Below, piece by piece: positions 46,295-46,615 of a DNA stretch of 46,615 nucleotides. Source of the DNA: a virus (taxonomy: Duplodnaviria > Caudoviricetes); IMG/VR virus record IMGVR_UViG_3300028569_002232, positions 1-46,615 of that record; one strand, 5' to 3'. How positions within the stretch are numbered: position 1 is the first letter of the stretch; every line of letters begins with the position of its first letter. Position numbers and translations under genes: made by a program. The notes beneath the pieces were generated by a model. The model was not told where the DNA came from. It did not search any database and saw only the letters and a list, made by a program, of their open reading frames with translations.

Positions 46295-46615
46295 TGGCAT
46301 TTGTAGTCACAAATAGCGGTTCAGGAGCTTACGTTATAGACGGAGTTAATAATCCTACATTAACGTTAACTCGAGGACAAACATATACATTTACGATCAA
46401 CGCTAGTGGTCATCCTTTCTGGATTAAAACAACTCAGACCACAGGACAAGCAAACTCTTACAGCACAGGAGTCACAAACAATGGAACAGATAATGGTACA
46501 TTAACATTTGTTGTCGACGCTGGCGCTCCAAGTACTCTGTACTACAACTGTGAATATCATGGTAACATGGCTCGCACAATCAATGTAATTGATGATGTTA
46601 CAACTACTACCACGA
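46294..46615 (+). CDS. cupredoxin-like virion protein (partial, runs off the window)
   Basis: ATG overlaps the J stop. Translation: MAFVVTNSGSGAYVIDGVNNPTLTLTRGQTYTFTINASGHPFWIK...APSTLYYNCEYHGNMARTINV then TTTTT. Not in the ORF track. Confidence 0.75.
   Translation, partial: MAFVVTNSGSGAYVIDGVNNPTLTLTRGQTYTFTINASGHPFWIKTTQTTGQANSYSTGVTNNGTDNGTLTFVVDAGAPSTLYYNCEYHGNMARTINVIDDVTTTTT

Noticed and set aside
1-46615. Stop-codon reassignment
   Set aside because: Genes are full-length and tightly packed in the standard code, and TAA, TAG and TGA all end genes.
25886-46615. Diversity-generating retroelement or invertible fibre cassette
   Set aside because: I saw no reverse transcriptase, recombinase or near-identical nucleotide repeats; the repeats are diverged and visible only at protein level.
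1-46615. tRNA, ncRNA or intrinsic terminators
   Set aside because: Intergenic gaps are under about 70 nt, and I saw no cloverleaf or GC-rich hairpin with a U-tract. A covariance-model search was not possible.

Overview
AT-rich, gene-dense fragment of a large tailed dsDNA phage genome in the standard genetic code. I see no rRNA, tRNA, CRISPR array or integrase. There are four modules. (1) 305-11065 (+): a glycan-biosynthesis cluster with a cupin, GT9/GT17/GT34-like glycosyltransferases, four SAM methyltransferases, an NDP-sugar epimerase/reductase and Gmd. (2) 10965-25899 (+): replication and recombination genes, including RecA-like, DnaB, ThyX, primase, two PD-(D/E)XK nucleases, a DnaE split into PHP and core genes around a DEDDh exonuclease, a Whirly-like SSB candidate, a Rad52/Sak-like protein, and an embedded GT4/split-GT9 pair. 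(3) 25886-35777 (-): virion proteins, namely two IPT/lectin-like fibre proteins and three internally duplicated tube-like paralogues. (4) 35846-end (+): a lambda-like tail-tip cassette (M, L, K, I, Ig-domain protein, J) and a partial cupredoxin-like gene. The most striking feature is the ubiquitin-like tail assembly protein I, which carries a 130-aa Hint domain inside a poly-Gly tract with Gly, not Cys/Ser/Thr, at the +1 position, next to an intact JAB protease. Also notable are a possible virion glycosylation system with [S/T]-G-rich structural proteins, apparently leaderless sigma70 transcripts, and a recurrent GTGTAAWT motif. All family calls come from motifs read by eye; no database search was run.
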